Source: Candidatus Termititenax aidoneus (lineage in GTDB: Bacteria > Margulisbacteria > Termititenacia > Termititenacales > Termititenacaceae). From it: a DNA stretch of 64,000 nucleotides. A program made the position numbers and the translations under genes. Of the stretch, positions 49,398-60,714 are shown one piece after another (position 1 is the first letter of the stretch; every line of letters begins with the position of its first letter). Under the pieces are notes generated by a model, which was given only the letters and a program-made list of their open reading frames with translations, was not told where the DNA came from and did no database searches. The stretch is taken from contig BGZN01000002.1 of assembly GCA_003864455.1 (NCBI GenBank), positions 3,810 to 67,809 on the forward strand. Direction: 5' to 3'.

Positions 49398-52300
49398 AAG
49401 ACACGAATATCCAGCGGAAGTTTTACGAATATGACGAATACGGACAGCTGATAAAGCTGAGGGATGAGGGATTTATGGATGAGGCGGCAGACCAGCGGAC
49501 GATGTATATCCGGTATGATAATAGTCTGCACGGATTGAACAAAGACATAAATATCTACGGACTGGTGGCGGAGCAGTATGTAGAGGAGCCGGAGAAGGAC
49601 GCGGGTAAGAAGTACGGACACGTAAAGCGGGAATATGACGGCAGGGGACGGCTGACGGCAGAGCGGAAGTATTATACGGATAGTGGCTTTATAGAGGACA
49701 GATACGAATATGACAGTTCCGGTAACGTAACAGCGCACACAGACCCGAACGGCGTGCAGACAAATTACACGTACCAATACAATGCGTATCCGCAAACACA
49801 GAGCAAAACAGTGGATGGGAAGACATACAGGACGGAGAGCAATTATTCACAACATACCGGCGCACTACTTGACCGGAGAGACGAAAATGACTACCGGATA
49901 GAATACGCGTACGACAAGCTGGGCAGAAAGATAAAGGAGAGGCATCCGGACGGGGCGGAAATAAAGACAGCTTATCTGGACAATTTGTACCGGACGGAAG
50001 TAACGGACAGGAAAAGCCGGAAGACGATTTATAACTACAATCCATACGGGGAATTAAAGACGGTAACCGACCCGCTCTACAACACGACGACATATAAGAC
50101 AGATAAGCTGGGGAGACTGGAGACGATAAGCTTAGCGGACGGCAGACAATATAAATATGGGTATGATGTATTGAACCGGGCGACGCGGATCACGTATCCG
50201 GACGGGAGTTCTGGAGTAAAGGGTTATGAGGACAGCCGGAATAGAGTAAGCGTGTATGACGAGAACGGGCACGGATATATGTATGACCGGGACGCTTACG
50301 GGAATCTGATCAGAGTGGTACGCGGGGATAATAACAGCGATCTGCAATACGAATACGAGTATAACGCGTTGAAGAGTATCGCATCGCCGCCGCGGTACCT
50401 GGACGAACTGCATTACGAGCAGGTGAGGCATACGACTATTTTCGAGAACGACCTATTAGGGCGGAGGACAAGGAAGACGCAGGCGGACGGGACGAGCGAA
50501 CAATTCTACTATGATGCGAACAGCAATTTAACCAAACACATTAACTATGAGGGCAAACAAATAAACTACACGTATGACGGGCTGAACCGCATCAAGCGGG
50601 AGATATACCCGGACGCTGGGTATAATATAAGTTATACCTATGATAATGGACAGAACGCCCTGACGAGACTGACGAAAGTGGAGGACAGCAGCGGGACTAC
50701 CGAATACAAATATAACGACTTGGGGCTGATAACGGAGGAAAAGAAAACGTTTATGGTTGGTTCGACTCCGCTCACCAACCAAGGGACGGAGTACACGACG
50801 AAGTATGAGTATGATAACACTGGTTTGTTGCTATCGATAGAGTATCCTCAGGTACACGGGCAGAATGTAAATGTATCTTATGAATATGATGATTTGGACA
50901 GGATAAAGAGCTTAAAGCTCAACAATAATACGTTCTTAACGAACACGTATGACAATGTAGGCAGATTGACACAGAAAGACTATAGCAATGGGGTGAGAGA
51001 GACGTACAAGTATGATGCCAAAGACAGATTGGTGGAGCATGAAGCGGCGGTTCGACAGGCTCACCGACCGATGGCTGAGCCTGTATCCTACGGATACGCT
51101 GGCGAAGCCATATTCCTGTACAAATACGAGTATGACGCGGCGGGGAATATGGTGCGGAGGGACATCACGGACGGGAATGTATTGAGGCGTATGGACACGT
51201 ATGAATATGATTATATCAACCAGTTAAAGGTAGTGAACGTGCCGGGGGCAAGAGACCTGGAGCTGAGCTATGACGAGACGTTTAACCGGACATATCTGAA
51301 GCACGGGTATGGAATGATAAGCTACAATTACAACACGACGATGAATTTCTTGCTGAATTACGCAGAAGACACGGATGGGGACGGGGCATATGAAATGAGC
51401 GTACAGTATGCGTATGACAAACAGGGGAATCCGACGAGCAAGGTGTACAGAGATGTCCGCAATGGACAGAATGTCCGCGAGACGGCGCGGGAGAATTACA
51501 CATGGAACGACCGCGACGAGTTGACCAAAATAGAGGGGAGAGTAACGGAATCTTACACCTATGATTATCGAGGACTAAGACACATAAAGAGCAATGAGAA
51601 TAATACCTACAAGTATATTTATTTGCAGAGTAATCAGCCGGCATTCAAGTATGATGTTACGAATAATGTGTATGACGTTTTCATTTATGAAGGGACGAAG
51701 AGAGTGGCGAGGGTGCGGTTCGACTCCGCTCACCGCACGGAGACAGAGATATTCATAAATAACTATCAGGGAAGCCCAACGGTGGTATTGAGCAGCACAG
51801 GGAATATCCAGTACCAGAAGTATCTAGACCCTTGGGGGAACATGGAGATGGAGATAGGCGTGCCATCTAGTGATATAGAGTTTCAGTATACGGATAAAGA
51901 ATTAGATACGAATACAAATCTCTATTACTTTCAGGCGAGGTACTATGACCCACTGACAAACCATTTTAAAGGGAGAGACAGGGTTAAATTAGAAGATAAC
52001 CTAACAAATTATTTTGGGATAAATGCGTATTTATTCACTAACAACAATCCGGTGAGGAATGTGGATGCGGATGGGAATAGAATAGTTATTGCTGGGGACA
52101 ACGCATATCAAACAAGAACGCTGAGAACATTAAATAGTTTGGCTGGTTTCGCTGGTACAATTGATAAGACGGGTGAATATACTCCTACTGGTCCGTCGAA
52201 GTATCCTGTAGCTAGTACTTTAGTAACAGAATTAGTAAATTCAAAATACACTGTGACAATACAAAAAGACTTCGAATTTAACGGAGAAAAGCATACAAAT

Positions 52301-52663
52301 GCAGCCCTTGCTGATATAGATAATTATTCTGGATCCTATAATGGGAAGGGCGCTAGTAGTACAGTCGGTTTTGATCCAGCTTCTTCACCAGTTCGGTTGC
52401 CAGTATCGAATGGCAAAGGTGGTTATAGACATGAAATAGTTTCTAATGAAATTATACTTGGTCATGAACTAATTCATTCCTTTCATAATGCGCAAGGTAC
52501 TCGTTTGCTTGGTGATATGCTATACGATCCTAAAATTAAGGGTTTAGAACCAGAATTTAAACCTAAGGAAGAACTTTCAACTGTAGGGCTTGGTTTTGAA
52601 AATATTTATTCAGAGAATGCTTTACGATTAGAGAAAGGATTTAATGCACGTGTTCAATATTAA
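49394..52663 (+). CDS. N-truncated (orphan) Rhs core with M91/NleD-like zinc metalloprotease toxin
   Basis: Core near-identical to the main Rhs; NNNPVRNVDADGN; CT ILGHELIHSFH (HExxH) ... EE..TVG ... SENALR. Confidence 0.85.
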   Translation: MKDTNIQRKFYEYDEYGQLIKLRDEGFMDEAADQRTMYIRYDNSLHGLNKDINIYGLVAEQYVEEPEKDAGKKYGHVKREYDGRGRLTAERKYYTDSGFIEDRYEYDSSGNVTAHTDPNGVQTNYTYQYNAYPQTQSKTVDGKTYRTESNYSQHTGALLDRRDENDYRIEYAYDKLGRKIKERHPDGAEIKTAYLDNLYRTEVTDRKSRKTIYNYNPYGELKTVTDPLYNTTTYKTDKLGRLETISLADGRQYKYGYDVLNRATRITYPDGSSGVKGYEDSRNRVSVYDENGHGYMYDRDAYGNLIRVVRGDNNSDLQYEYEYNALKSIASPPRYLDELHYEQVRHTTIFENDLLGRRTRKTQADGTSEQFYYDANSNLTKHINYEGKQINYTYDGLNRIKREIYPDAGYNISYTYDNGQNALTRLTKVEDSSGTTEYKYNDLGLITEEKKTFMVGSTPLTNQGTEYTTKYEYDNTGLLLSIEYPQVHGQNVNVSYEYDDLDRIKSLKLNNNTFLTNTYDNVGRLTQKDYSNGVRETYKYDAKDRLVEHEAAVRQAHRPMAEPVSYGYAGEAIFLYKYEYDAAGNMVRRDITDGNVLRRMDTYEYDYINQLKVVNVPGARDLELSYDETFNRTYLKHGYGMISYNYNTTMNFLLNYAEDTDGDGAYEMSVQYAYDKQGNPTSKVYRDVRNGQNVRETARENYTWNDRDELTKIEGRVTESYTYDYRGLRHIKSNENNTYKYIYLQSNQPAFKYDVTNNVYDVFIYEGTKRVARVRFDSAHRTETEIFINNYQGSPTVVLSSTGNIQYQKYLDPWGNMEMEIGVPSSDIEFQYTDKELDTNTNLYYFQARYYDPLTNHFKGRDRVKLEDNLTNYFGINAYLFTNNNPVRNVDADGNRIVIAGDNAYQTRTLRTLNSLAGFAGTIDKTGEYTPTGPSKYPVASTLVTELVNSKYTVTIQKDFEFNGEKHTNAALADIDNYSGSYNGKGASSTVGFDPASSPVRLPVSNGKGGYRHEIVSNEIILGHELIHSFHNAQGTRLLGDMLYDPKIKGLEPEFKPKEELSTVGLGFENIYSENALRLEKGFNARVQY

Positions 52664-53087
52664 TAATATTACTATGTTTAAGATGGTGGTAGTACTTGCG
52701 TTATTAAGTAGTATAGTTTTGATGTATTTTTATATAAACAGATGCAAAGTTGATTTGAGAGCTACAGCAAAGATAATGGGTAATAATATTGTGCTTAACA
52801 TAAAAAATAAAAGTAATCGATCTTATGTTGGTTTAATATTAAGAAATACATTTATAATTAATGAAAAACAAGGTATCATTATAGTCAATGATTTAGTGAA
52901 TGATAATGATAAGGTGATGCTTTACAATTATTATTACGAGCCTGTATTATTTAATACACAGACTAACAAAGCGGTGTATATTAATATTCCTCTGGATGAA
53001 TGGAAGGATAGATTAAATAATCCCAAAAATACTGTATATGTAAATTACATGTGCTACAGATTAATAAACGAAATAATAAATTGTTGA
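52644..53087 (+). CDS. Putative immunity protein (possibly 3'-truncated)
   Basis: N-terminal membrane anchor; overlaps the toxin stop; AT-rich. Confidence 0.6.
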   Translation: MHVFNINNITMFKMVVVLALLSSIVLMYFYINRCKVDLRATAKIMGNNIVLNIKNKSNRSYVGLILRNTFIINEKQGIIIVNDLVNDNDKVMLYNYYYEPVLFNTQTNKAVYINIPLDEWKDRLNNPKNTVYVNYMCYRLINEIINC

Positions 53088-53240
53088 CTAGATTTCAGGC
53101 CGACTATGGAATCGGTAATAAGTTTATGTATGAAAATAGGGTAATTCAAACAAACAAATTGTTTGCCAGATGTCTATTCATAAAGATTGATGTAGAAAAA
53201 AAATCAGATTAGAGATTTTTGTATTATTATAGAATGGTTT

Positions 53241-55292
53241 GTGGTCGTTATAAGGATATTTATGTCAAGGAAAAGAGATGACTACACGTATAACGGGGCT
53301 AACGCCCTGACGAGACTGACGAAAGTGGAGGACAGCAGCGGGACTACCGAATACAAATATAACGACTTGGGGCTGATAACGGAGGAAAAAAAGACACTCT
53401 CGGCCGGCGCTTCGACAGGCTCAGCGACCGGCTCAGGGAGCGAGTACACGACGAAGTATGAGTATGATAACACTGGTTTGTTACTATCGATAGAGTATCC
53501 TCAGGTACACGGGCAGAATGTAAATGTATCTTATGAATATGATGATTTGGACAGGATAAAGAGCTTAAAGCTGAACGGCAGCGCGTTAATAACGAACACT
53601 TACGATAACACCGGCAGATTGACGCAGAAAGATTACAGCAATGGAGTGAGAGAGACATACAAGTATGATGCCAAAGACAGATTGGTGGAGCATGAAGCGG
53701 CGGTTCGACAGGCTCACCGACCGATGGCTGAGCCTGTATCCTACGGATACGCTGGCGAAGCCATATTCCTGTACAAATACGAGTATGACGCGGCGGGGAA
53801 TATGGTGCGGAGGGACATCACGGACGGGAATGTATTGAGGCGTATGGACACGTATGAATATGATTATATCAACCAGTTAAAGGTAGTGAACGTGCCGGGG
53901 GCAAGAGACCTGGAGCTGAGCTATGACGAGACGTTTAACCGGACATATCTGAAGCACGGGTATGGAATGATAAGCTACAATTACAACACGACGATGAATT
54001 TCTTGCTGAATTACGCAGAAGACACGGATGGGGACGGGGCATATGAAATGAGCGTACAGTATGCGTATGACAAACAGGGGAATCCGACGAGCAAGGTGTA
54101 CAGAGATGTCCGCGATGGGCAGAGCGTCCGCGAGACGGCGCGGGAGGAGTACACGTGGAACGACCGCGACGAGCTGACGAGGATAGAGGGACGGGTTACG
54201 GAAAGCTACACCTATGACTATAGAGGGTTGAGGCACGTAAAGCAAAACCCGGACAACACGCATAAATATATATACCTGCAGAACAACCAGCCCGCGCTGA
54301 AAGAAAATGTGAGCGAGAATCATACGGACATCTACGTTTATGAAGGGACGAGGAGAGTGGCGAGGGTGCGGTTCGACTCCGCTCACCGCACGGAGACAGA
54401 GATATTCATAAATAACTATCAGGGAAGCCCGGTGGTAGTGCTGAGCAGTACGGGGGATATACAGTACCAGAAGTATTTAGATCCCTGGGGCAATCTCGAA
54501 ATGGAGATAGGAAAACCCAGCAGTAACACAAATTTCCAATATACTGATAAAGAGTTAGATACAGAGACAGATTTATATTATTTTCAGGCGAGGTACTATG
54601 ACCCACTGACAAACCATTTCAAGGGGAGGGATAGGGTTAAGTTAGAGGATAACCCGGCAAATTATTTTGGGGTAAATCCGTATGTGTTCGTGAATAATAA
54701 TCCGATAACAAACATTGATCTGGATGGAAATTATGTTAATCCGATTAAAAAACCAACTGTTAGAGCATATCAACGAGAATACTTTGCTCCAGAAACAAAT
54801 GTGTTTAACGCTCGTGGGGGAACACATGCTGGAGTGGACATTACTGTTAAAGTTGGTACATCTGTTAAGGCTACTGATGCAGGAACAGTAATACGCGCTC
54901 AATTTCAAGATCCTAATGACGAAAGCGCAGGTTATGGCTTATTTGTAGAATATGAATTTGTATATACATATGATGATGGTAACTATAAAGAAGATATAAG
55001 AAAGGGTACAAACCCTGATATTATAAAATTTCGTCAAAACCTTAATGGCAAGACAGTATACGGGCTCGATGGACATTTAAGCAAAACGAGTGTTGCTGAA
55101 GGGGATACGCTTAAAAAGGGTCAAACTATTGGCAAAACCGGTCAAACTGGTAACGCTCATGATCAACCATTAAATAATGCGCACCTTCATCATGAGAACT
55201 ATTTAAAAAATCCAAAGAATGTTGGTTGGGAAAACAGGCAAACAATTGACCCTCAATTGTTATATAACATTGATAATCCAAGAGCACCATAA
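53241..55292 (+). CDS. N-truncated (orphan) Rhs core with M23 peptidoglycan endopeptidase toxin
   Basis: NNNPITNIDLDGN; CT HAGVD, GYG, GHLS, GQTIGKTGQTGN, AHLHHE (M23 HxxxD/HxH). Confidence 0.88.
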   Translation: MVVIRIFMSRKRDDYTYNGANALTRLTKVEDSSGTTEYKYNDLGLITEEKKTLSAGASTGSATGSGSEYTTKYEYDNTGLLLSIEYPQVHGQNVNVSYEYDDLDRIKSLKLNGSALITNTYDNTGRLTQKDYSNGVRETYKYDAKDRLVEHEAAVRQAHRPMAEPVSYGYAGEAIFLYKYEYDAAGNMVRRDITDGNVLRRMDTYEYDYINQLKVVNVPGARDLELSYDETFNRTYLKHGYGMISYNYNTTMNFLLNYAEDTDGDGAYEMSVQYAYDKQGNPTSKVYRDVRDGQSVRETAREEYTWNDRDELTRIEGRVTESYTYDYRGLRHVKQNPDNTHKYIYLQNNQPALKENVSENHTDIYVYEGTRRVARVRFDSAHRTETEIFINNYQGSPVVVLSSTGDIQYQKYLDPWGNLEMEIGKPSSNTNFQYTDKELDTETDLYYFQARYYDPLTNHFKGRDRVKLEDNPANYFGVNPYVFVNNNPITNIDLDGNYVNPIKKPTVRAYQREYFAPETNVFNARGGTHAGVDITVKVGTSVKATDAGTVIRAQFQDPNDESAGYGLFVEYEFVYTYDDGNYKEDIRKGTNPDIIKFRQNLNGKTVYGLDGHLSKTSVAEGDTLKKGQTIGKTGQTGNAHDQPLNNAHLHHENYLKNPKNVGWENRQTIDPQLLYNIDNPRAP

Positions 55293-55310
55293 AGGTAAGA
55301 AAGGGAAGAA

Positions 55311-55889
55311 ATGTTAAAAAGATATCTAGTTTTCCTTGTTACATATACAATCTTTTTATCAGGGTGTTATATTAAGTCTATGGATATTTTTGCTAATGTG
55401 CCTATAGTTGTCTTTAAAACGCCAGAGAGTTTATTCTCTGAATATGTGAATGTTGCTTCCAACAAGCAAATAAGCAAAAAAAATTTCACTAAAAGATATT
55501 TGGCTCTATGGTACAAAGAAGCACTTTTGTATAATTATAATTTTGGTGTAAAGTATAAAACAGAAAAACAAGCTTATAAAACAATTCAACACAATATAAG
55601 TATGTTAGTTGATAGTGTTTATAAAAGCTCGCCTGCTAATCTTAAGATTACAGAAATATCATCATTTAAACCTAAACCGAGTGAAACATTTGAGAAATTC
55701 AAAAATAGTCTTGGAAAATATAGCAGTTACCATTTTATTGCCTTGGAAAATGGGAAGGCTATTACATATATTCATTTTGTTCAAGATGGTTATTTATTAC
55801 CGAAATGTATAGAATTGATATATGATGATGATATGGGATATAGAATTATTGATGAATATGTTGTGGAAAATTATGACAATGGCATGTAA
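55311..55889 (+). CDS. Putative lipoprotein immunity protein
   Basis: MLKRYLVFLVTYTIFLSGC lipobox; follows the M23 toxin. Confidence 0.7.
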   Translation: MLKRYLVFLVTYTIFLSGCYIKSMDIFANVPIVVFKTPESLFSEYVNVASNKQISKKNFTKRYLALWYKEALLYNYNFGVKYKTEKQAYKTIQHNISMLVDSVYKSSPANLKITEISSFKPKPSETFEKFKNSLGKYSSYHFIALENGKAITYIHFVQDGYLLPKCIELIYDDDMGYRIIDEYVVENYDNGM

Positions 55890-57104
55890 TATCCTTTCCA
55901 AAATTACAGATAAAGTAACCGAGAATTACACGTATGATTACAGGAGATTGAGGCACATCAAGGATAGTGACGGTAACATATCTAAATACATTTACTTGCA
56001 GAACAACCAGCCCGGGGGCGTTGAGTGGTGGTCTCTGAGCGGAGTCGAAGAGAGTCGAAACGACCCGGCGGAGAGTTACACGGATGTGTTTGTGTATGAA
56101 GGAGCGAAAAGGATAGCCAGGGTACGGGTAGACGCTTCGACTCCGCTCAGCGTCCGTACGGAAATGTTCATAAACAACTATCAGGGCAGTCCGGTGGTAG
56201 TACTGAGCGATACGGGGAATATCCAGTACCAGAAGTATCTAGACCCGTGGGGAAACATGGAGATGGAGATAGGCGTGCCATCAAGTGATATAGAGTTTCA
56301 GTATACGGATAAAGAGTTAGATACAAATACAGATTTATATTATTTTCAAGCGAGGTACATGGATCCGAAAGCAGGAAGATTTCCAAGCAGAGATAATGTT
56401 AGATTGGAAGACAAGAAACAATCTTATTTTAAGATTAATCCATATATTTATGCCCATAACAATCCGGTAAGACATACCGACCCGGATGGAGATGATGTTG
56501 TGTCAATGCATGGTGGAGCAGGAGGAAATGAGGCTTCTACCATTGGCTTAGCCGACAGATTGCAAGCGTTTTATAAAACAGATGTTGTTGTTAATTGGTC
56601 TGGCAAACATAATGGTATATATCAAAGTTCACCGGAAAGCGCCGCAAAGTATTTGTCAGAGTATAGACATAAAGACTCCAGTATTAAAGTAGTTGCTGGG
56701 CATAGTATGGGAGCGGATGCTATAGCAAGAGCATATGGTAAAGAAGGAGTGGAAAAAGTAGATGAATTGATATTGATCATGCCGCGAGTAGATGAAGTAA
56801 AAAATAATATTCAAAACATGTCGCAGAATGCGAAAAGAGTGGATATATACATGTTGAGTGGTGATTCTGCCCCTGTCCTATCAGCTTATGGAAATAGGAG
56901 TCATGAAAGTATGATAAAGACAATGGATACAGAGTTTTGGTTGAAGGGAAAAACTCAGAGTAATGTATATTTCCATGAAATAGGTATAGGGCGAGAGTTG
57001 CATGGCGGAGCCGGAAATAATGATGCGATTCTTGATGCGATATTCTCTCGTCAACCATTTTCTTTATCGACTAGTCCTGCCCCTATTCCGGCAGCAGGTG
57101 GTAA

Positions 57105-57108
<4 letters not shown>
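55822..57108 (+). CDS. Orphan Rhs tip with alpha/beta-hydrolase (lipase/esterase-like) toxin; true start uncertain (~55900)
   Basis: NPYIYAHNNPVRHTDPDGD; CT MHGG oxyanion-like motif, VAGHSMGA (GxSxG), late D and H. Confidence 0.8.
56012..56068. repeat. Nested in-frame palindromic element, site D (opposite orientation)
   Basis: CCGGG..CGT-TGAG..[TCTC-TGAGCGGAGTCGAA-GAGA]GTCGAA-ACG.CCCGG; peptide GGVEWWSLSGVEESRNDP is absent from paralogs. Confidence 0.7.
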
Positions 57109-57436
<328 letters not shown>

Positions 57437-57564
57437 TATGGGCATTCAATATGGAAAGATTGCCAAAGACAGACTGATAGAGCACGGGGCAGTAACGGCC
57501 GGCGCTTCGCCAGGCGCACCATCCAGCCAATAAACAGATATTTTATAGGAAGGGGAATATTTAG

Positions 57565-58287
57565 ATGGCATTCACTTTTTCTCATCCTGCGCTTGTTTTG
57601 CCTTTGAGAAATTGGCGGTGGTTTTCTATTACTGGTCTTGTCATTGGCAGCGTAATTCCAGATTTTGAATTTTTTATTAGAATGCGTATGTACAGCAATG
57701 CTTTTAGCCATACGTTAATAGGTTTATTTTGTTTTGATCTGCCGCTGGGCATTCTGGCCGCGTTCATTTTTCATAATATTATCCGCAATAGTTTGCTGAG
57801 AAATTTGCCGTATTTTTTAAAAACCAGATTATATAAATTTACCGCGTTTAATTGGCATGAATATTTTCAACACAATAAATTAAAGGCGCTCATTTCTATT
57901 CTGTTGGGCGCTGTCTCACATCTGCTCTGGGACAATTTTACGCACGGCTATGGATTTTTTGTGCAGCATATACCGGACTTAATGTATGTATTGCGTATGG
58001 GTAATATAAGGATGCCTGTTTATTGGTTTTTACAATATTTTAGTTCGGGAATTGGTTTAGTCTTAATTTTTATAATAATACTAAGGTTACCTGTTGATAA
58101 TAATATACCATCTAAAATAGATTGGATATACTGGTTAAAAGTGATTTTAATTTTCTTTTCGATTATTTTAATTAAAACCTGGATTGGTTTTGATAATACT
58201 TGGGGACAATCGATTGCTATTACAATTTCCGCCGGATTACTGGCTATAACTATAGCGCCGCTGCTAAAAATAGCTCATATCTTTTAA
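57565..58287 (+). CDS. DUF4184-family membrane protein
   Basis: MAFTFSHPALVLPL...GSVIPDFEFF...SHT...SHLLWDNFTH. Confidence 0.85.
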   Translation: MAFTFSHPALVLPLRNWRWFSITGLVIGSVIPDFEFFIRMRMYSNAFSHTLIGLFCFDLPLGILAAFIFHNIIRNSLLRNLPYFLKTRLYKFTAFNWHEYFQHNKLKALISILLGAVSHLLWDNFTHGYGFFVQHIPDLMYVLRMGNIRMPVYWFLQYFSSGIGLVLIFIIILRLPVDNNIPSKIDWIYWLKVILIFFSIILIKTWIGFDNTWGQSIAITISAGLLAITIAPLLKIAHIF

Positions 58288-58398
58288 CGGACTATCCTTT
58301 CTCCTGGATAAGCGTAGCGAACCTACATAGCAGACTTGGTACATAAAAAAGAAAGCGTAGTCTATTTGAATGGATAGCTCCGTTTCTTAAATTGTGTA

Positions 58399-58468
58399 TT
58401 GACGTTCTGTTGTGGCCAGTTTATACTCCTAAACACTACTAATACAATATGATTAATATAATTAGGAG
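58399..58468 (+). promoter_or_regulatory. Promoter and putative sulfur-regulon operator (copy 2)
   Basis: TTGACG (58399-58404), 17 bp, TATACT (58422-58427); TACTAATACAATATGATTAATATAATTAGGAG (58437-58468). Confidence 0.7.
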
Positions 58469-58474
58469 CGGCAA

Positions 58475-58705
58475 ATGAATTTAATCGTCAACGGCGCGGC
58501 GGAGAAAATAGAGCAGGACGGCCTGACCCTGGCGGAACTCTTGGCGGTACAGAAAGTCGAAGCCCCCGAAATGGTTTCCGTGCAGCTCAACGGCGAATTT
58601 GTCCGGCGCGCGGATTTTGCCGCCACACCGGTCAAAGAAAACGACGCGGTGGATTTTCTTTATTTCATGGGCGGCGGAGCGGACGATGAGCGGATTTACC
58701 ACTAA
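58475..58705 (+). CDS. ThiS-like sulfur carrier protein (HcyS-like) with a masked C-terminal Gly-Gly
   Basis: VSVQLNGEFV...DAVDFLYFMGGG followed by ADDERIYH. Confidence 0.9.
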   Translation: MNLIVNGAAEKIEQDGLTLAELLAVQKVEAPEMVSVQLNGEFVRRADFAATPVKENDAVDFLYFMGGGADDERIYH

Positions 58706-59906
58706 AAGCATTCACGCCAAATTCTTAAAAAAAGACGCGCATAACGCTTTGCATATGCCGATTTACGACAGCGTGGCTTTTGCGGCGGACACCGCCGAGG
58801 ATTTGGAAGCGTCTTTTCGCGGCCGCAAACCGGCGCACACTTACTCGCGGATCTCTAATCCGACTGTCGAACATTTTGAGCAAAAGATTAAAAATTTTTC
58901 CGGCGCGCAGGGCGCGGTCGCCGTGGCTTCCGGCATGGCGGCGCTGTCCGCGCTGTTCCTGGCCATAGCCGGACAGGGCGACAATATCGTTACGACACGG
59001 CATATTTTTGGCAACACTTACTCGCTGCTTTCCGCCACCTTGAAACAATGGGGATTGGAAACTATTTATACCGATCTGACCGACTTGCGGCAAACCGAAA
59101 ATGTTATTAATGAAAAAACGCGCGCCATATTTTTAGAAACTATCACCAATCCGCAGCTGGAAGTGGCGGACATCACCGGTCTAGCGGAGATCGCCAGGCG
59201 AAAAAAGATTTTACTGATCGCGGACACGACCTTGACTCCGCCGTATCTTTTTGACGCGCCAAAATTCGGCGTGCATCTGGAAATTTTATCCAGCACCAAA
59301 TATATTTCCGGCGGCGCGACTTCGCTGGGCGGCTTGATTTTGGATTACGGGACTTATGATTACCGAGGCAATCCGTATCTGGCGGAGCAGGCCCGGAAAT
59401 TCGGCCCTAGCGCGCTGTTGAATATTTTGAAAACCCGCGTCTGCCGCGACCTCGGCAATATTCTCTCGCCGCACAATGCCTATTTGCAAAGTTTGGGTTT
59501 GGAAACTTTGGTTTTGCGCGCCAAACTGTCCTGCGCCAATACTCTAAAGCTTGCTGCATTTTTACGGACTTTGCCGCCGGTCAAAAAAGTAAATTATCCG
59601 GGGCTGGACAATGCGTTGGCGCAAAAACAATTTCCCAACGGCGCCGGTGCGCTGCTGACTTTTGAGCTGGCCGACCGCGCTAAATGTTTTCAATTCTTGA
59701 ACCGCCTGCAATTGATCCGCCGCGCCACCAATCTCAATGACAACAAAACCCTGATCATTCATCCGGCTTCGACGATTTTTAGCGAATATACCGCGGAACA
59801 AAAAGCGGAAATGGGCGTGCCGGAAACTTTGCTCCGGCTGGCGGTCGGTATTGAAGATTTGGCGGATTTGCAGGAAGATTTACAGCAGGCTCTGGAGGCG
59901 GCATGA
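58686..59906 (+). CDS. PLP-dependent O-acetylhomoserine sulfhydrylase-like enzyme (MetY/MetZ family)
   Basis: YSRISNPTV, ASGMAA, ETITNP, SSTKYISG, NLNDNKTLIIHPAST, RLAVGIE; start at ATG 58686. Confidence 0.9.
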   Translation: MSGFTTKSIHAKFLKKDAHNALHMPIYDSVAFAADTAEDLEASFRGRKPAHTYSRISNPTVEHFEQKIKNFSGAQGAVAVASGMAALSALFLAIAGQGDNIVTTRHIFGNTYSLLSATLKQWGLETIYTDLTDLRQTENVINEKTRAIFLETITNPQLEVADITGLAEIARRKKILLIADTTLTPPYLFDAPKFGVHLEILSSTKYISGGATSLGGLILDYGTYDYRGNPYLAEQARKFGPSALLNILKTRVCRDLGNILSPHNAYLQSLGLETLVLRAKLSCANTLKLAAFLRTLPPVKKVNYPGLDNALAQKQFPNGAGALLTFELADRAKCFQFLNRLQLIRRATNLNDNKTLIIHPASTIFSEYTAEQKAEMGVPETLLRLAVGIEDLADLQEDLQQALEAA

Positions 59907-60712
59907 ATTTTACTAATGAACAACTGGAACGTTACAGCCGACATATCATTTTGAAAAATGTCGGCATTGAAGGGCAGGAAAAAATTTGCTCCGGCAAAGT
60001 GCTGATTATCGGCCTGGGCGGTTTGGGTGCGCCGGCGGCTCTCTATCTAGCGGCGGCCGGTGTGGGGACTATCGGCCTGGTTGACGGCGACGCGGTCGAC
60101 CGCACCAATCTGCAAAGACAGGTCATTCATTTCACACCGGACATTGGCAAACCCAAAGTTGTCTCCGCGCAGGAAAAAATTGCCCAGATGAATCCCGAAG
60201 TTAAAGTAAACACCTATCACACGCTGGCGCTGGCGCACAACATAAACGATTTAATTAAAGACTATGATTTTATTATTGACGCCACGGATAATTTTCCGGC
60301 TAAATTTTTAATTAACGACGCCTGCGTGCTGGCCAAAAAACCTTTTTCGCACGGCGGCATACTGCGTTTTGACGGACAAACTTTGACGCATTTGCCGGGC
60401 ACGGCCTGTTACCGCTGCGTTTTTGACGCGCCGCCGCCCAAAAATCTAGTGCCGACCTGCGCGCAGGCTGGAGTGCTGGGCGCGGTGGCTGGTATGCTAG
60501 GCACTATTCAGGCGGCGGAAGCCTTGAAATATTTGACCGGCGTTGGAAAATTATTGACGAATAAACTTTTGATCTTTGACGCGCTGACTATGAGTTTTCG
60601 CACAGTGAAAATCAAGCGCAGCGATAATTGTCCGCTCTGCGGCAAAGACCCGGCTATTACGGAGCTTGCAGATGCGGAACAAGCGGCCTGTGATCTGAAA
60701 TCCAAAGGCTGA
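59903..60712 (+). CDS. ThiF/MoeB-family adenylyltransferase (HcyF-like)
   Basis: ERYSRHIIL, IGLGGLG, TNLQRQ, DATDNF, CYRC, CPLC. Confidence 0.93.
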   Translation: MNFTNEQLERYSRHIILKNVGIEGQEKICSGKVLIIGLGGLGAPAALYLAAAGVGTIGLVDGDAVDRTNLQRQVIHFTPDIGKPKVVSAQEKIAQMNPEVKVNTYHTLALAHNINDLIKDYDFIIDATDNFPAKFLINDACVLAKKPFSHGGILRFDGQTLTHLPGTACYRCVFDAPPPKNLVPTCAQAGVLGAVAGMLGTIQAAEALKYLTGVGKLLTNKLLIFDALTMSFRTVKIKRSDNCPLCGKDPAITELADAEQAACDLKSKG

Positions 60713-60714
60713 CC

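Noticed and set aside
58475..60712. Thiamine or molybdopterin biosynthesis (thiS/thiF, moaD/moeB)
   Set aside because: No thiG/thiH/moaE; the MetY-like, JAMM and sulfite reductase neighbours fit the homocysteine thiocarboxylate route.
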